Assembly (NCBI GenBank): GCA_963514005.1
Contig: OY740814.1
Span: forward strand, 2,356,001 to 2,420,000
DNA length: 64,000 nt
Direction: 5' to 3'
Origin: Raja brachyura
Lineage: Eukaryota
Positions 1-11,190 of this stretch are shown in pieces. The notes under the pieces were generated by a model, which was given only the letters and a program-made list of their open reading frames with translations, ran no database searches and was not told the origin of the DNA. Numbering within the stretch: position 1 is the stretch's first letter; each line of letters starts with the position of its first letter. A program made the translations under genes and the position numbers.

Positions 1-60
1 ACTTACATTTGTCACCATTTTAAAGTTCTTCATAATTATGCATCTATTATGTGTATATTA

Positions 61-183
61 TTCTTCTTGTGTATGGCGTGCACAGCCTAACGTTGTAAGA
101 CAACTTGTTCTTTTTGTGCACAGCAGGTTGATTGCATTCGTCGAAACAGCTTGGACCACGTGAAGGTTGCAATCTCCCACCCC
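61..183 (-). mobile_element. Short retroposon (SINE/SIDE-like) with 5' HDV-like ribozyme, copy 1
   Basis: Homologous to 16103-16235 with the same 5' end (GGGGTGG on minus). AAG-rich tail. TGTATAT on both sides (52-58, 184-190) as a likely TSD. Confidence 0.8.
130..183 (-). ncRNA. Minimal HDV-like (CPEB3-type) ribozyme fold, P1 partly mismatched
   Basis: GGGGUGG-GA-GAUUGCA-ACC-UUCACGU-GGU-CCAAGCU-G-UUUCGA-CGAA-UGCAAUC. P2 7 bp, P3 3 bp, L3 UUCACGU, J4/2 CGAA with the catalytic C. P1 has two mismatches. Confidence 0.75.
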
Positions 184-395
184 TGTATATATTTAAAACG
201 CATAAATCTTTCATGCCGCAGTTATTATTCCCACCAGAGGTGGAGCCACCGCACCTTATTTTTGCATCGGTCGCCTAAAGTTAGAGACACAAGCGACTGT
301 CGAGGGTGAAACCTTGTGTGGAACAGCGTTGGAGTAACTCACTCCCACACGGACCCCTCTGTCCTACGCACGCAAGCAACTGCAGCTACAGTCCG

Positions 396-810
396 AGTCA
401 TACATTGTGGAAGCAGACCCTTCGACCCAACTTGCCCACGCCAACCAACATGCCCCGTCTGCCTGCGTTTGGCCCATATCCTTCCAAACCTGTCCTACCC
501 ATGTACCTGGATAATAAATGTCAGAATGTTTCTTAAACGTTGCGATAATACATCTACCTCCTCCGGCAGCTCGTTCCACGCCCCCACCACCCCTTGTGGG
601 AAAATGTTTCCCTACGGGTTCCTATTAAATAATTATAATAAATACTTTAATAACCCCCTTTTTGGGGGAAATTCAGATGTCCTTGCATCACACTAATAAA
701 AATACAACATAACATTAAAGAAGAGGTTTAACATAAAAACATTAAATCTTTCCCCTCTCAGCTTAAACCTATGTCCTCTGGTTCTTGATTCCCCCCAACT
801 TTGGGCAAGA
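396..810 (-). mobile_element. CR1/HER1 LINE 3' fragment, interrupted at ~630-740 by an AT-rich insert
   Basis: Encodes 'GESRTRGHRFKLRGERF'. The 3' tail resembles the other CR1 copies. ATTAAAT flanks the insert. Confidence 0.75.
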
Positions 811-989
811 GTACTCTTGGGTGTCGGGTTTATGGGGAGAAGGCAGGAGAATGGGGTTAGGAGATGAGATAGATCAGCCATCAATGAATGGCGGAGTAGA
901 CTTGATGGGCCGAATGGCTTAATTCTGCTCCTATTGCTTATGAACGACGAGACTCTGCATTTGATGGAAAGAACACAGACAGCTCCTAA

Positions 990-1305
990 GATCATAAGGA
1001 ATAGGAGTGGAATTAGGCCATTTGGCCCATCAAGTCTACTCCGCCATTCAATCATGCCTGATCTATCTCTCCCTCCTAACCCCATTCTCCTGCCTTCTCC
1101 CCATAACCTCTGACACCCGTACTAATCAAGAATCTGTCTATCTCTACCTGAAAAATATCCACTGACGGCCTCCACAGCCTTCTGTGGCAAAGAATTCCAC
1201 AGATTCACCACCCTCAGACTGAAGAAATTTAATTCTGTCCTTTAATTCCAAGGCTGTGACCTCTGGTCCACTCTCCACATCCACTCTATCCAAGCCTTTC
1301 ACTAT
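990..1305 (-). mobile_element. CR1/HER1 LINE 3' end
   Basis: Reverse complement of the recurrent 'ggggagaaggcaggagaatggggttag...gggccgaatggcctaattctgctcctat' terminus. An opposite-strand copy lies at 815-940. Confidence 0.8.
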
Positions 1306-1754
1306 TTTGGATCAAACCTGGGTCTCTAGCGCTATGAGGCAACAACTGTGCCGCTGTACTACTGTGTCATGATGAGCTAATATGCAGTTTATACAAGACA
1401 CATTGAAGACTGAAAAGCACAAGTGACTCCAAGACTTGGAGCTACCATTGCTCATCTCTCCCTGATAATATTCTAATATTTTTGTCTTGTGGACAATTAA
1501 TTCTCCGTCTATTCTGTCCGTCGATGAAAGAATTCCCCCTTGCAACCACAATAATTGTGTGGCTCTTTATTAAATGTCAAATTGACAGTGTGATGTTGCT
1601 TTTTCCTTCCACAGCCATGCGGATTTATTGAGATTTATTCATTACACATTCTTGGAGCTTGAAAGTGTTATAACTGACACACTACCAACCAATCGCCCAA
1701 CATTTGACTCTGTAAAAATGTAATCCCTCAGCATCCTTACGATGCAGAGAGCCG

Positions 1755-2105
1755 TCTACCCGATCTATTCCTCTGATGATTTTATACATCTCTATAAGAT
1801 CGCCCCTCATCTTCTTGCGCTCCAAGGAATGAAGTCCCAGCCTACTCAACCTCGGCCTATAGCTCAGACCCTCTAGTCCTGGCAACATCATCGTAAATCT
1901 TCTCTGCACCCTTCCCAGTTTGACAGCATCTTTCCTATAACATGGTGCCCAGAACTGAACACAACACTCTAAATATGGCCTCACCAACATCTTATACAAC
2001 TGCAACATGACCTCCCAACTTCTAGACTCAATGCTCTGGCTGATGAAGGCCAATATGCCAAAAGCCTTTTTGACCACCTTATCTTCCTGCGACTCCCACT
2101 TCAAG
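1755..2105 (-). mobile_element. CR1/HER1 LINE ORF2 C-terminal remnant
   Basis: 'VKKAFGILAFI...LYKMLVRPYLECCVQFWAPCYRKD...VQRRFT..LPGL..LSY..RL..LGLHSLE...RGDLIEMYKI', typical post-RT CR1 motifs. Confidence 0.92.
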
Positions 2106-2317
2106 GATGCAAGAGGCATGAGTTCAGTGTGTTTATGATGTAACTGGATGCTTAGGGACTCATAAGTTGTAGAAAAGGCCAATTCACTTGATTGTAATCA
2201 TGTATTGTCTTTTTGCTGACTGAATCGCTGGCAAGAAAAAAAGATTTTAATTGTACCTCGATACACGTGACAATAATAAACTGAACTAACTTGTAGGTGA
2301 AAATTACATAATAGATA

Positions 2318-2590
2318 ATTTAGTTTAGAGATAAAGTGTTGAGACAGGCCATTCGGCCAACTGAATCCGTGCCGACCAGCGATCATCCATACACTCGTTT
2401 TATCCTGAACCTCGGACAATTTACAGATGCCAAGCAACCTACACACCTGCAAGTCTTTGGAGCGTGGGAGGGAATCCCACACGGTCTCAGGGAGAAGGTA
2501 CAAACTCCACACAGACAGCACCTGCAGCCAGGATCGAACCCGGGTCGCTGGCACTGTGAGGCAGCAACTTGAACCCTGTGCCACCATGCT
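2318..2590 (-). mobile_element. HE1-type tRNA-derived V-SINE
   Basis: A/B-box-like head, V-domain and (CTAAA)n tail, matching the copy at 17346-17625. Confidence 0.85.
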
Positions 2591-3164
2591 GGAGTTACAT
2601 TTTAACACAGCCAGCAACCCAGTTTATGTGAAAACAATTGTGGATTGTGTTTAATTTGAGGAAAAGGGACAGAGTAAGGTAATAGGATCACTGTCGCTCA
2701 CACATTGCTGTTGTTGGTTCTCACAATATGTTTATGATACGTTGGTGAGTTCTACGTTTGTTCCTACGTGAATGATTTCTCATCAACATATGCGGGTGGT
2801 GACCTTCAACCAAACACACCCCCTGCTTATCTGACCAGTTTCGAACTTTGTTCACCCGTCGTCACACACAACGGAAGAAGGATATTTTACCAACATTAAT
2901 ACACCGTAGGAAAGAGAAAACAAACGACATTCTGAGAACAATGGACAAAGGTAGTTGTATTAATCCAAAATAAGTGAATTTCAAGTTGATGAAGTAAAGT
3001 AATGTTGTTTTGGGCTGTGTACATTCACCACAGTCAGCATTGCCGCTCAGTTTGAAGGTGCTGTCTACGTTTCTGTTTGGGCCAGGAATTTTGTTTATAC
3101 ATCTGAGGGTTCACCTGTTAAAGGAGAGAAACTATAGCAATTATGTGACTAGACGGCAGATTTG

Positions 3165-3510
3165 TTGTAATGAAAAGGAACTGCAGGTGCTGGTTTACAC
3201 CAAAGCTAGACCCAAAGTGCTAAAGTAAAAATGTTGCCTGATCTAGACACAAAAAGCTGGAGTAACTCAGCGGGACAGGCAGCATCTCTGGAGAGAAGGA
3301 ATGGGTGGCGTTTCGGGTCAGGGCCCTTTTTCTGAAGAAAGGTCTCAACCCGAAACATCACCCATTCCTTCTCTCCAGAGATGCTGCCTGTCCCGCTGAG
3401 TTACTCCAGCTTTTTGTGTCTATCTTCAGTTTAAACCAGCATCTGCAGTTCCTTCCTGCACAAGTTGCCTGATCTGCAGAGTTACTCCAGCATTTTCTAT
3501 CTATCTTTGG
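3165..3510. mobile_element. Penelope-like pseudo-LTR fragments in inverted (palindromic) arrangement
   Basis: Arm 3243-3325 is the reverse complement of 3345-3425. A hammerhead-like core lies at 3332-3359. Confidence 0.75.
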
Positions 3511-4063
3511 AAAATTTAGGTTTCTGGATTATTATTAGTCCAAGGACAATAAAGATTATTCATTTGAGAATGTGAGTTGAGTTTTTATAAATTTAATTTG
3601 GATGTAGAAGATCTGATGGGATTATGTCAAGACTGAGGTGATGATTGATTCTCTGATAACTGGGTTGGATGACATCAATGAAACAGATTCTTTGGTCATT
3701 TGTTAAATTAATAGTTATGGGATGTTGCTGTCCGCAGGCAAATTTACTGGCACATTCCCTCCATAACAACAGTGAGCACATTCTCACACCCAGCACTTTA
3801 ATTTACACTTCCAGTATGCATTGGGAAGACAAGTGGATAATTATCCCGCTAATTGCCAGCCTATTTACATGCATCTGACAAATGCCGACTATCACATTTG
3901 TTTTCAAATTAGGTTCATTTTCACTTGCAAAGGCATCACAAAGGCAATTGTGCAGGAAGAAACTGCAGATGCTGGTAGACACAAAGTGCTGGAGTAACAG
4001 GCAGCATCTCTGGGGAGAAGGAATGGGTGACGTTTTGGGTTGAGACCCTTCTTCACACTGTAA

Positions 4064-5518
4064 TGCCCCTGTCCCACTTAGGTGATTTTTTAGGCGACTA
4101 CATGCGACTAGGCTGTTGCTGGGGTGTCGCCTGTACGGCCGTGAGTCGTCTCCTCAGTCGCCCAAAGATTCGTAGCGTCTTTCTGGTCGCCGCTAGATTT
4201 TGAAGTGTTTGAAACTTTTCAGTGACAGTTGGCTTGATGCCAATGATCGTAGCCTGACGTAGGTGCTGTTGTAGGTTGTCGCCAGGAAGACGTAGGTTGT
4301 CGCCGATGCTGACTGAGTAGGTATGTTACAAAACTTACCTTGAGCGGCGCTGCAGTTCTGCCACTCCCCGTGTTCGCGACTTTGGCGCCTTTCAGAGGGG
4401 GGCGAGTTTAAAGTGCCGTTTTTCTACAGACAGTTCAAATCGATCCATCCCAGGGGATTTCATTGCTAAAGAGAAATCGCTCCAACATTTGAGAAATCGC
4501 TCCAACGTTTTATGAAGGTATTTTTAAACTACGCTAGATCATTTATTAGCTAGAGTAATTTAAAAATCATCTTCTAAAGCCGTGAGCGCCGACAACGGGA
4601 AGGATTTTACGTAGGGAATAAAATAAGGTACACAGTTTATTTTTACATAAAAACGTGCTTCTTAGGAAGCCTTTAATCAAATTTTCATGTTGCGAAAAGG
4701 GGACAAAAAGAAACGAACCGGCAGTGTTTTTCCTGCAGTCTGTGGGTTAAATTCACCGCAAACCGCAATGTTACAATCCACCGCATTCCACTAAAACCCA
4801 CTCGCAAGTTGATTTAAATGGCCATTAATTTACAGGCATTAAACACTAAATTCCTTCCACTTGGCCTATAAATTCATGAAAATGAGATTTAAGAATCATG
4901 TTATATTGTGAATTATTGTGTGAATGTTATTTGGACACTTAGGCAATTTAAAAAATGTTTATCTTTTCTTAAGAAATGGATAGATGTTTAGATCTAGTAA
5001 TTGAATTTTGTAATTAGCTACAATTGGGTAACTAACTAATTATATGCTTTAATTTCAGGTCATCCAAGTAAGATTGTTTCATATTTGTTTCAGAATGCTT
5101 CAATCTATAATAACTGAAAATTTCATTGAGTTCTCTTAATTTTTAAGAAAGTTATGGGGTTTTGACTGCCCTAGATCACAGCTTTTGAGTTAAGTCAATG
5201 GAAAGGCAATGGGGAACAAGATGACATTTTCCGAGTATGAAAATGGCCATAACTTTTTTAATACTGAAGATATGAAAATGAATTAGGTGTCAAATTAAAC
5301 TTCTTTTAATGCTTTATCTGATGGGATAAATTGCAGACTTGATTTTTAAAATCTCAAAATTTTGTAACATTGCTAGACTTTGTTTTTTGTTTGTTAAAGT
5401 ATGGTACTATTTTTAATTTTATGTCAAAGTGGGGTCCAGTCACTGTTTTTTCGGGGACCTGCTGCAACTATAACAGTCGCCGGCAGTCGCCTAAAGATCG
5501 GCAAGTGGGACAGGCCTA
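4064..5518. mobile_element. PIF/Harbinger-type MITE (family A) with nested insertion
   Basis: TIRs TGCCCCTGTCCCACTT / AAGTGGGACAGGCCTA, TAA on the left. Body homologous (inverted) to 35257-35532. Confidence 0.75.
4318..5375. mobile_element. Non-autonomous DNA transposon with TAG-starting TIRs
   Basis: TAGGTATGTTACAAAA ... TTTTGTAACATTGCTA imperfect TIR. The right ~190 bp recurs at 52880-53069. Confidence 0.7.
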
Positions 5519-6376
5519 TAGTTAATTACAGTTACAGCGAAAGTCTTGCTTTAACAGTGGTGCGGGGGGGGGGGGGGATATTCCTGCTGCTTTAAGGCCT
5601 TTCAATGTGTCCTGACTTTGTGGGGAGCTGCATGTCGACAGAGGGACAGTCAGGCTAATTCCAGCCTTTCCTGGCACCGCCATTGTGTTGTTTATTGAAT
5701 TCTAAAGGCTTAATATAGTGTTGATGGACACCTCAATTGCCTTGCATTGTCTGACATGGTTAAAGCCCTTCCCCCTTCACCAGCCCCCCCCCCCCCCCAC
5801 TTGTCACCACCCCTCACTAATTACAGAAGCCATGTGTATGTTACACACACACAATTTATGTGCTTTACACAAATGCACACACCTAGTGTGTGGGATCGTG
5901 TTAGTGTACGGGGATCACTGGTCGGTGCGGACTCGGTGGCCGAAGGGCCTGTTTTGGCACTGAATCTCTAAACTAAACACACACTGAAATACACAGAGAC
6001 ACAACATGCTCTCATTATACAGTCGAAACAAATTATTTTGTTTATACAAATTCTCTCTCTCGCTCTCTCGCTCTCTCTCTCGTTTGAATCTAACTATTCC
6101 CTCCAACATCTTATGGTGTATTTTAAGATTTTTGTAGATTATGTGTAAAATCAAAATAAGGATTTTTTTTTCCTTCTGGGAGTTACATGGGGCATTGATT
6201 GACATCCAGTCCAGGGTTTGTTATTTGAGGCAATAGAACAAGGTTTCCTGTTACTGAAGGGAATCCTAATTGTTGAGTCTTTCATTGATTTTTTGACTGG
6301 AGTGGGCGAGGCGTGCCGGCTTGGTGCTCTGTTCTCTATGAGGGGCCTTTCCTGCACAGCAACCAGCAATCTGATG

Positions 6377-6932
6377 TAGGAAGGAACTGCAGGCGCTGGT
6401 TTAAATCGAAGATGGACACTCAAAACGCTGGAGTAACTCAGCGGGGCAGGCAGCATCTCAGGAGAGAAGGAACGGGTGACGTTTTGGGTCAAGACCCTTC
6501 AGACTGAATCAGGGGAGAAGGAGATACAAGGAAAAGGAAACGTCAGATGTGAAAACGAGACAAAGGGGATGGAGATCAAGGAAAATGTAGAATAGATCGT
6601 TGTTAGCTAGCAGAAGGGAACAACAAAGCAATTAGAGATAAAATGTCTGTGGTAGCGAGTCTGGGTTACAACGTGGTGGCAGGGCTGGGAGCAGGAATCA
6701 CAGAGGGGGAGCAGTGAGAGAGGGCGTTGCACAACTTGTCACCTTCCCCTCACCCATCAATGAACCACTCTACACTTCCTTGATCAGCGTCTCCCTTGAT
6801 CTGTCATTTTCACACCTTACCTTTTCATATATCTGTGTCTCCCTCTCCCCGACACAGTCTGAAGAAGGGTCTCGACCCGAAACGTCACCCACTCCCCTTC
6901 AGGGATGTTACCCGTCCCGCTGAGTTACTCCA
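6377..6932. mobile_element. Penelope-like pseudo-LTRs, inverted pair
   Basis: Minus arm 6377-6645 and plus arm ~6740-6932, which carries an intact hammerhead core. Confidence 0.8.
6855..6890 (+). ncRNA. Minimal type I hammerhead ribozyme core (representative copy)
   Basis: agu-CUGAAGA-A-GGGU(CUCG)ACCC-GAAA-CG-UC^-ac. All core nucleotides present; palindromic ACGU stem III; stem I weak. Confidence 0.7.
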
Positions 6933-7130
6933 ACACACACTCACACTCAGACACACACACATACACACACACACACACCCTCAGACACACACACACACCC
7001 TCAGACACACACACACACCCTCAGACACACACACACACACACTCAGACACACACACCAACACACACACACACACTCACACTCACACTCACACACATACTC
7101 ACATACTCAGACACTCACTCACACGCACAA
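6933..7130. repeat. (CA)n-rich compound microsatellite with CTCAGACACACA units
   Basis: Direct inspection. Confidence 0.95.
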
Positions 7131-7920
7131 ACATCATCAATGGCTTTTAAAGCTGGAAGTCATTTATTTACCAGACAAAGCCACTATGAAGCACAATGTC
7201 ATGTATAAGATGGCAGATGAAAAATGGCACAATGGGTTTAAGCTGATATATTTACTTAGTGACTGTACAATATTTTAAACTTTGAAAGGATGCACCTTTG
7301 CTCATGATGCTACTGACAGCATACTTTATCTTCTCGCTGCTCCCAGCGTTTATTATATTCATTACCGATTGTCCAAGGTGTGATGTGATTACATCAGGTG
7401 TTGGTCGTTGTAACACAGCAACTTCTCATCTGCCTGAATTATCTGAACAAATTAGATTGTTCTAGGCGGGTTATGGCCACACTTACATACGTTAATGAGA
7501 TTACAGGGAATTGATTGAAATAATCTTCCTTGATTTGAATGTAGTTTAGTTGTCACATTATTATGCAGTAAAAAATAACAGTTCATATCGTTTGGTGGAA
7601 TTGCTGTAAGACGCGTTTCAGAGACAGCTATGCTGCTACCATGTGATGTATTGAACACTAAAGGCTTAACACTGTTTAATGTTGAATCCTTAAGACACAG
7701 ACGTCTGGAGGACGTCAATGGATATTGTTATAGATAGATTCTTAGTACGTGTGTCAGGGGTCATGGGGAGAAGGCAGGAGAATGGGGTTAGGAGGGAGAG
7801 ATAGATCAGCCATGATTGAATGGCGGAGTAGACTTGATGGGCCGAATGGCTTAATTCTACTCCTATCGCTGAGTGCTACAAAGTGCTAGAGTAACTAGCG
7901 GGTCAGGCACCATTTCTCAA

Positions 7921-7958
7921 AGGGTCTGAAGAAAGGTTCCAACCCGAAACGTCACCTA
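7921..7958 (+). ncRNA. Hammerhead core in PLE pseudo-LTR
   Basis: gggu-CUGAAGA-aaggu(ucca)accc-GAAACGUC-accu. Stem I can form 4 bp here. Confidence 0.55.
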
Positions 7959-8577
7959 TGCCATTTACGTAGAGATGCTGCTTGACCACTGTTACTTCAG
8001 CATTTTCTGTCTATCTTCAGTGTAATTCCTTCCTACACATTTGGAGTGTTGCGTGCAGTTCTGGTCACCCCATTACAGGATTGGATGAGGAGGCTTTGGA
8101 GATGGTGCAGAGGAGATTTGCCAAAATACTACCTGGATTGGAGGGTTTCCTATTTTTTCCATGTTCCAATTCCTGAACGTCTCATAGTCCTCACCCTAAT
8201 ACAGACTTCCACCCATCCACGACCTAAACGATGGAGATCAGAATCTTCTGGCATCCATTCCAGTTGGGTAATCCGCTCCACAAGGTTTACATTCTTAAAT
8301 GGGATTACAGAGGATTGATGGAAATAATTGTGAGAGGTTAGAAGCCACAGAGGCCGTTGGATGCTCTGTTAGTTTGTAGGAATTCAACTGTAAATCATAT
8401 TTTGTGAAGTTCAGATCAAGAGTACATTTGGGCACATACACAGTAGAATAATTGAAGATTTCAAAGCTGTTGAGCGATTTTTATTGAGTCTTAGGATTAA
8501 AAGGTAGTGCAGCCACTCTTGAATCACCCACACTCCAGCTGAATACCAGAGCAGCAAAATAGCCTTTACATGGCCTA

Positions 8578-8942
8578 ATGTGTGGGAAGGAACTGCAGAT
8601 GCTGCTCTACACCTAAGATAGACACAAAATGCTGGATTAACTCAGCGGGTCATGCAGCATCTCTGGGTAAAAGGAACAGGTGACGTTTCAGGTCGAGACC
8701 CTTCATCAGACTGAGAGTCATGGAGAGGGGAAACTGGAGATATGGGAAGGTGCAGAACAAAGCAGAGCCTGCAACAATGACTCGGGGGAAAGGTGGAGCC
8801 CACAATGGTCCATTGTTTGCTAGGGACGAGGCGACAACGAAGGAATACAAATGTTAAAATTAGCAAGAGGATTAGGGTGGGGGAGGGACAGAGAGAGAGG
8901 GAATGCAAGGGTTACTTGAAGTTGGAGAAATCAATATTGATG
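8578..8942 (-). mobile_element. Penelope-like pseudo-LTR, near complete (ORF end + 3' UTR + hammerhead + terminus)
   Basis: Begins with 'NIDFSNFK*' (GIY-YIG C-terminus). Canonical CUGAUGA-A-GGGU(CUCG)ACCU-GAAACGUC at 8682-8709. Confidence 0.85.
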
Positions 8943-9082
8943 TCGATGCCCATCGATCTTCCAGTGAGGCAGGCTAAAGTAGCACTTAATGGCAGATTAT
9001 TTTCTAATTCTAGTTTTGTGTAGAATTGTCACATGCACTGACGTACAATGAACAGCTTTTCCTTGCATGATATCCAGTCAAA

Positions 9083-9490
9083 GAAACATAGAAACATAGA
9101 AAATAAGTGCAGGAGTAGGCCATTCGGCCCTTCGAGCCTGCACCGCCATTCAATATGATCATGGCTGATCTTCCAACTCAGTATCCTGTACCTGCCTTCT
9201 CTCCATACCACCTGATCCACAAGGGCCACATCTAACCCCCTCTTAAATATAGCCAATGAACTGGCCTCAATGACTTTCTGTGGCAGAGAATTCCACAGAT
9301 TCACCACTCTGTGTGAAAAATATTTTTCTTATCTCGGTCTTAAAAGACTTCCCCCTTATCCTTAAACTGTGACCCCTTGTCCTGGACTTCCCCAACATTG
9401 GGAATAATCATCCTGCATCTAGCCTGTCTAACTCCTTAAGAATTTTGTAAGTTTCTATAAGATACCCCCTCAATCTTCTAAATTCTAGAA
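9083..9490 (-). mobile_element. CR1/HER1 LINE 3' end, (TTTCTATG)n-tailed subfamily
   Basis: 'VNLWNSLPQKVIEASSLAIFKRGLD' followed by 3' UTR and octamer tail. Confidence 0.9.
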
Positions 9491-9681
9491 AATAACTAAC
9501 ATGAAAACAATTAATATAATAATAAAATGTAATGAAAAGCAACTGCAGATACTGGTTTATACCAAAGATAGACACAAAGTGCTGGAGTAACTCAGCAAGT
9601 CATGCAGTATCTCTGGAGAAAATAGGTAGATGATGTTTCAGGTCGGGACCCTTCTTCTGATTGTGGGGGGGAGATGTCTGG

Positions 9682-9994
9682 CTTCAGTGTAAACCAGCAT
9701 CTACAGTTCCTTCCTACACATTTTCTCTGCCCAACCCTTTGATGCTGCAGCACAAGATGTCAAACTTCCTGGTTACAATATTCCTGGCTGTAATTAAATT
9801 ATGATCATCTTACAATGAAAATTGTGTCCGAAACCTTCACTGTATAGTCTGGATGGACCAAACTGAACCTAACTCATAGAAGAACCTCCCAAATCTTTAC
9901 AGAGAATACTTTAGGGTTCGGATTTGTTCGTTCAGTAAATGATGGGACTCAGATACAGACCCACCCACTGAGGAACTGGAGGGCAGATTAAATT
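9682..9994 (+). repeat. Inverted duplicate of 33582-34109
   Basis: Collinear reverse-complement match, including the pseudo-LTR/flank junction. Confidence 0.9.
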
Positions 9995-10239
9995 GATGGA
10001 ATTCTCCACTCATTAGTAACTGAGTAACTCATTAGTAACTCATTAGCTAACCGCCACCTTTCTGCATGATCCTGATGACCTTTTAAGTTTTCTGTAGTGC
10101 GGAAGTTTGTGACGGCCTTCAATCTTCTCTGATGTCGTCTGACCCGCTGAGTTACTCCAGCAGTTTGTTTGTATTTGCTTGTTCCTGGTTTACCGTGCAT
10201 TCGTCAGAGCTTTGCATGGCTTGTGCAGCACCCATGCAG

Positions 10240-10460
10240 CACGGTGGTAGAGTTGCGACCTTAGAGCGCCAGATACCCAGGACTGATCCTGATCTTGGAA
10301 GCTGCCTGTCTGGAGTTTGCACGTTCTCCCTGTGACCGCGCGGGTTTCCTCACGGTGCTCTGGTTTCATTCCACATCCCGATGACGTGCGGGTTTGTAGG
10401 TTAATTGGTTTCTATAAATTGTCCCTAGTGTGTAGGATGTGAAACTGGGACAACATAGTC
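10240..10460 (+). mobile_element. HE1-type SINE, diverged
   Basis: Head and V-domain similarity. Confidence 0.75.
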
Positions 10461-10461
10461 G

Positions 10462-10900
10462 TTCTTGGTTACTTGGTCCTCCAAAATATTCCAACTGGAA
10501 TTTAAACTGGAGGTGGTGAAGGGAGGGGTTTAGCCAGAGAGGGTTTATTGGGAAGAAAGTGCCACTTTAAATTTAGTTGCATCTGGCTGGGCAACCGTGG
10601 CTTGGTGGAGATTATTCCATGCTTTAATAGTGCGTGGAAAGAACAAATTGCTGTACACATCTGTCTTTGAGGCTGGGACCACAAATTGGATCGAATGCCC
10701 TCGTCTGCTCCTAATTGGTTTGGGGTTGGTGTAGGTCTTGTGATCTATGTCTAGCTGACCATTTAACATTTTGTAAAAACAGGTCAAACGGTGAGCTTCA
10801 CGTCTGTCTTGGAGAGGGTTCCACCCCAGAGAAATGTAGCAGTTTGGTGACACTCGCCTCTCGTAACAAATCGAGCGGCCTGTCTTTGGACACGTTCAAT
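10462..10900 (-). mobile_element. CR1/L2-group LINE ORF2 C-terminus + 3' UTR (distinct from HER1)
   Basis: 'LGWNPLQDRR..RLTCFYK...TDVYSNLFFPRTIKAWNNL' matches the CR1-group SFFPRT..WN.L terminal motif. Confidence 0.8.
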
Positions 10901-10929
10901 GGGTGGATGTAGTTCAGTAGTTTGTAGAT

Positions 10930-11190
10930 CTATCTCCTCATTGGTGATCCTCGGACTATCTTTTTGATCAGACTTTACTGGCTTTAACTTGTACTAAATC
11001 TGATAAAATATTTAACGTACTAAATCTGGTAAATATTGATAAAATCTGATTGATTAAATGTTATCCCCTTACCATGTATCTATACACTGTAAATGGCTCG
11101 ATTGTAATCATGTATTTTTCCACTGACCAGTTAGCACGCAACAAAAGCTTTTCACTGTACCTTGCTACACGTGACAAATAACTAAACTGA
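10930..11190 (+). mobile_element. Rex1/Babar-type LINE 3' UTR
   Basis: Continuous with the UTR following the Rex-like ORF end at 52225-52390. Similar ends at 2190-2290, 17640-17995 and 38005-38170. Confidence 0.6.

Noticed and set aside
1682-2182. 166-aa ORF as host gene
   Set aside because: It is a CR1 ORF2 remnant.
3243-3462. Palindromes as MITEs or pre-miRNAs
   Set aside because: Arms are of unequal length, also occur singly, show long TSDs and link to a GIY-YIG ORF end; Penelope pseudo-LTR inversions explain them better.
6796-7278. His/Thr-rich 160-aa ORF (also Val/Tyr/Cys-rich ORFs at 47374-47778)
   Set aside because: Translation of microsatellites.
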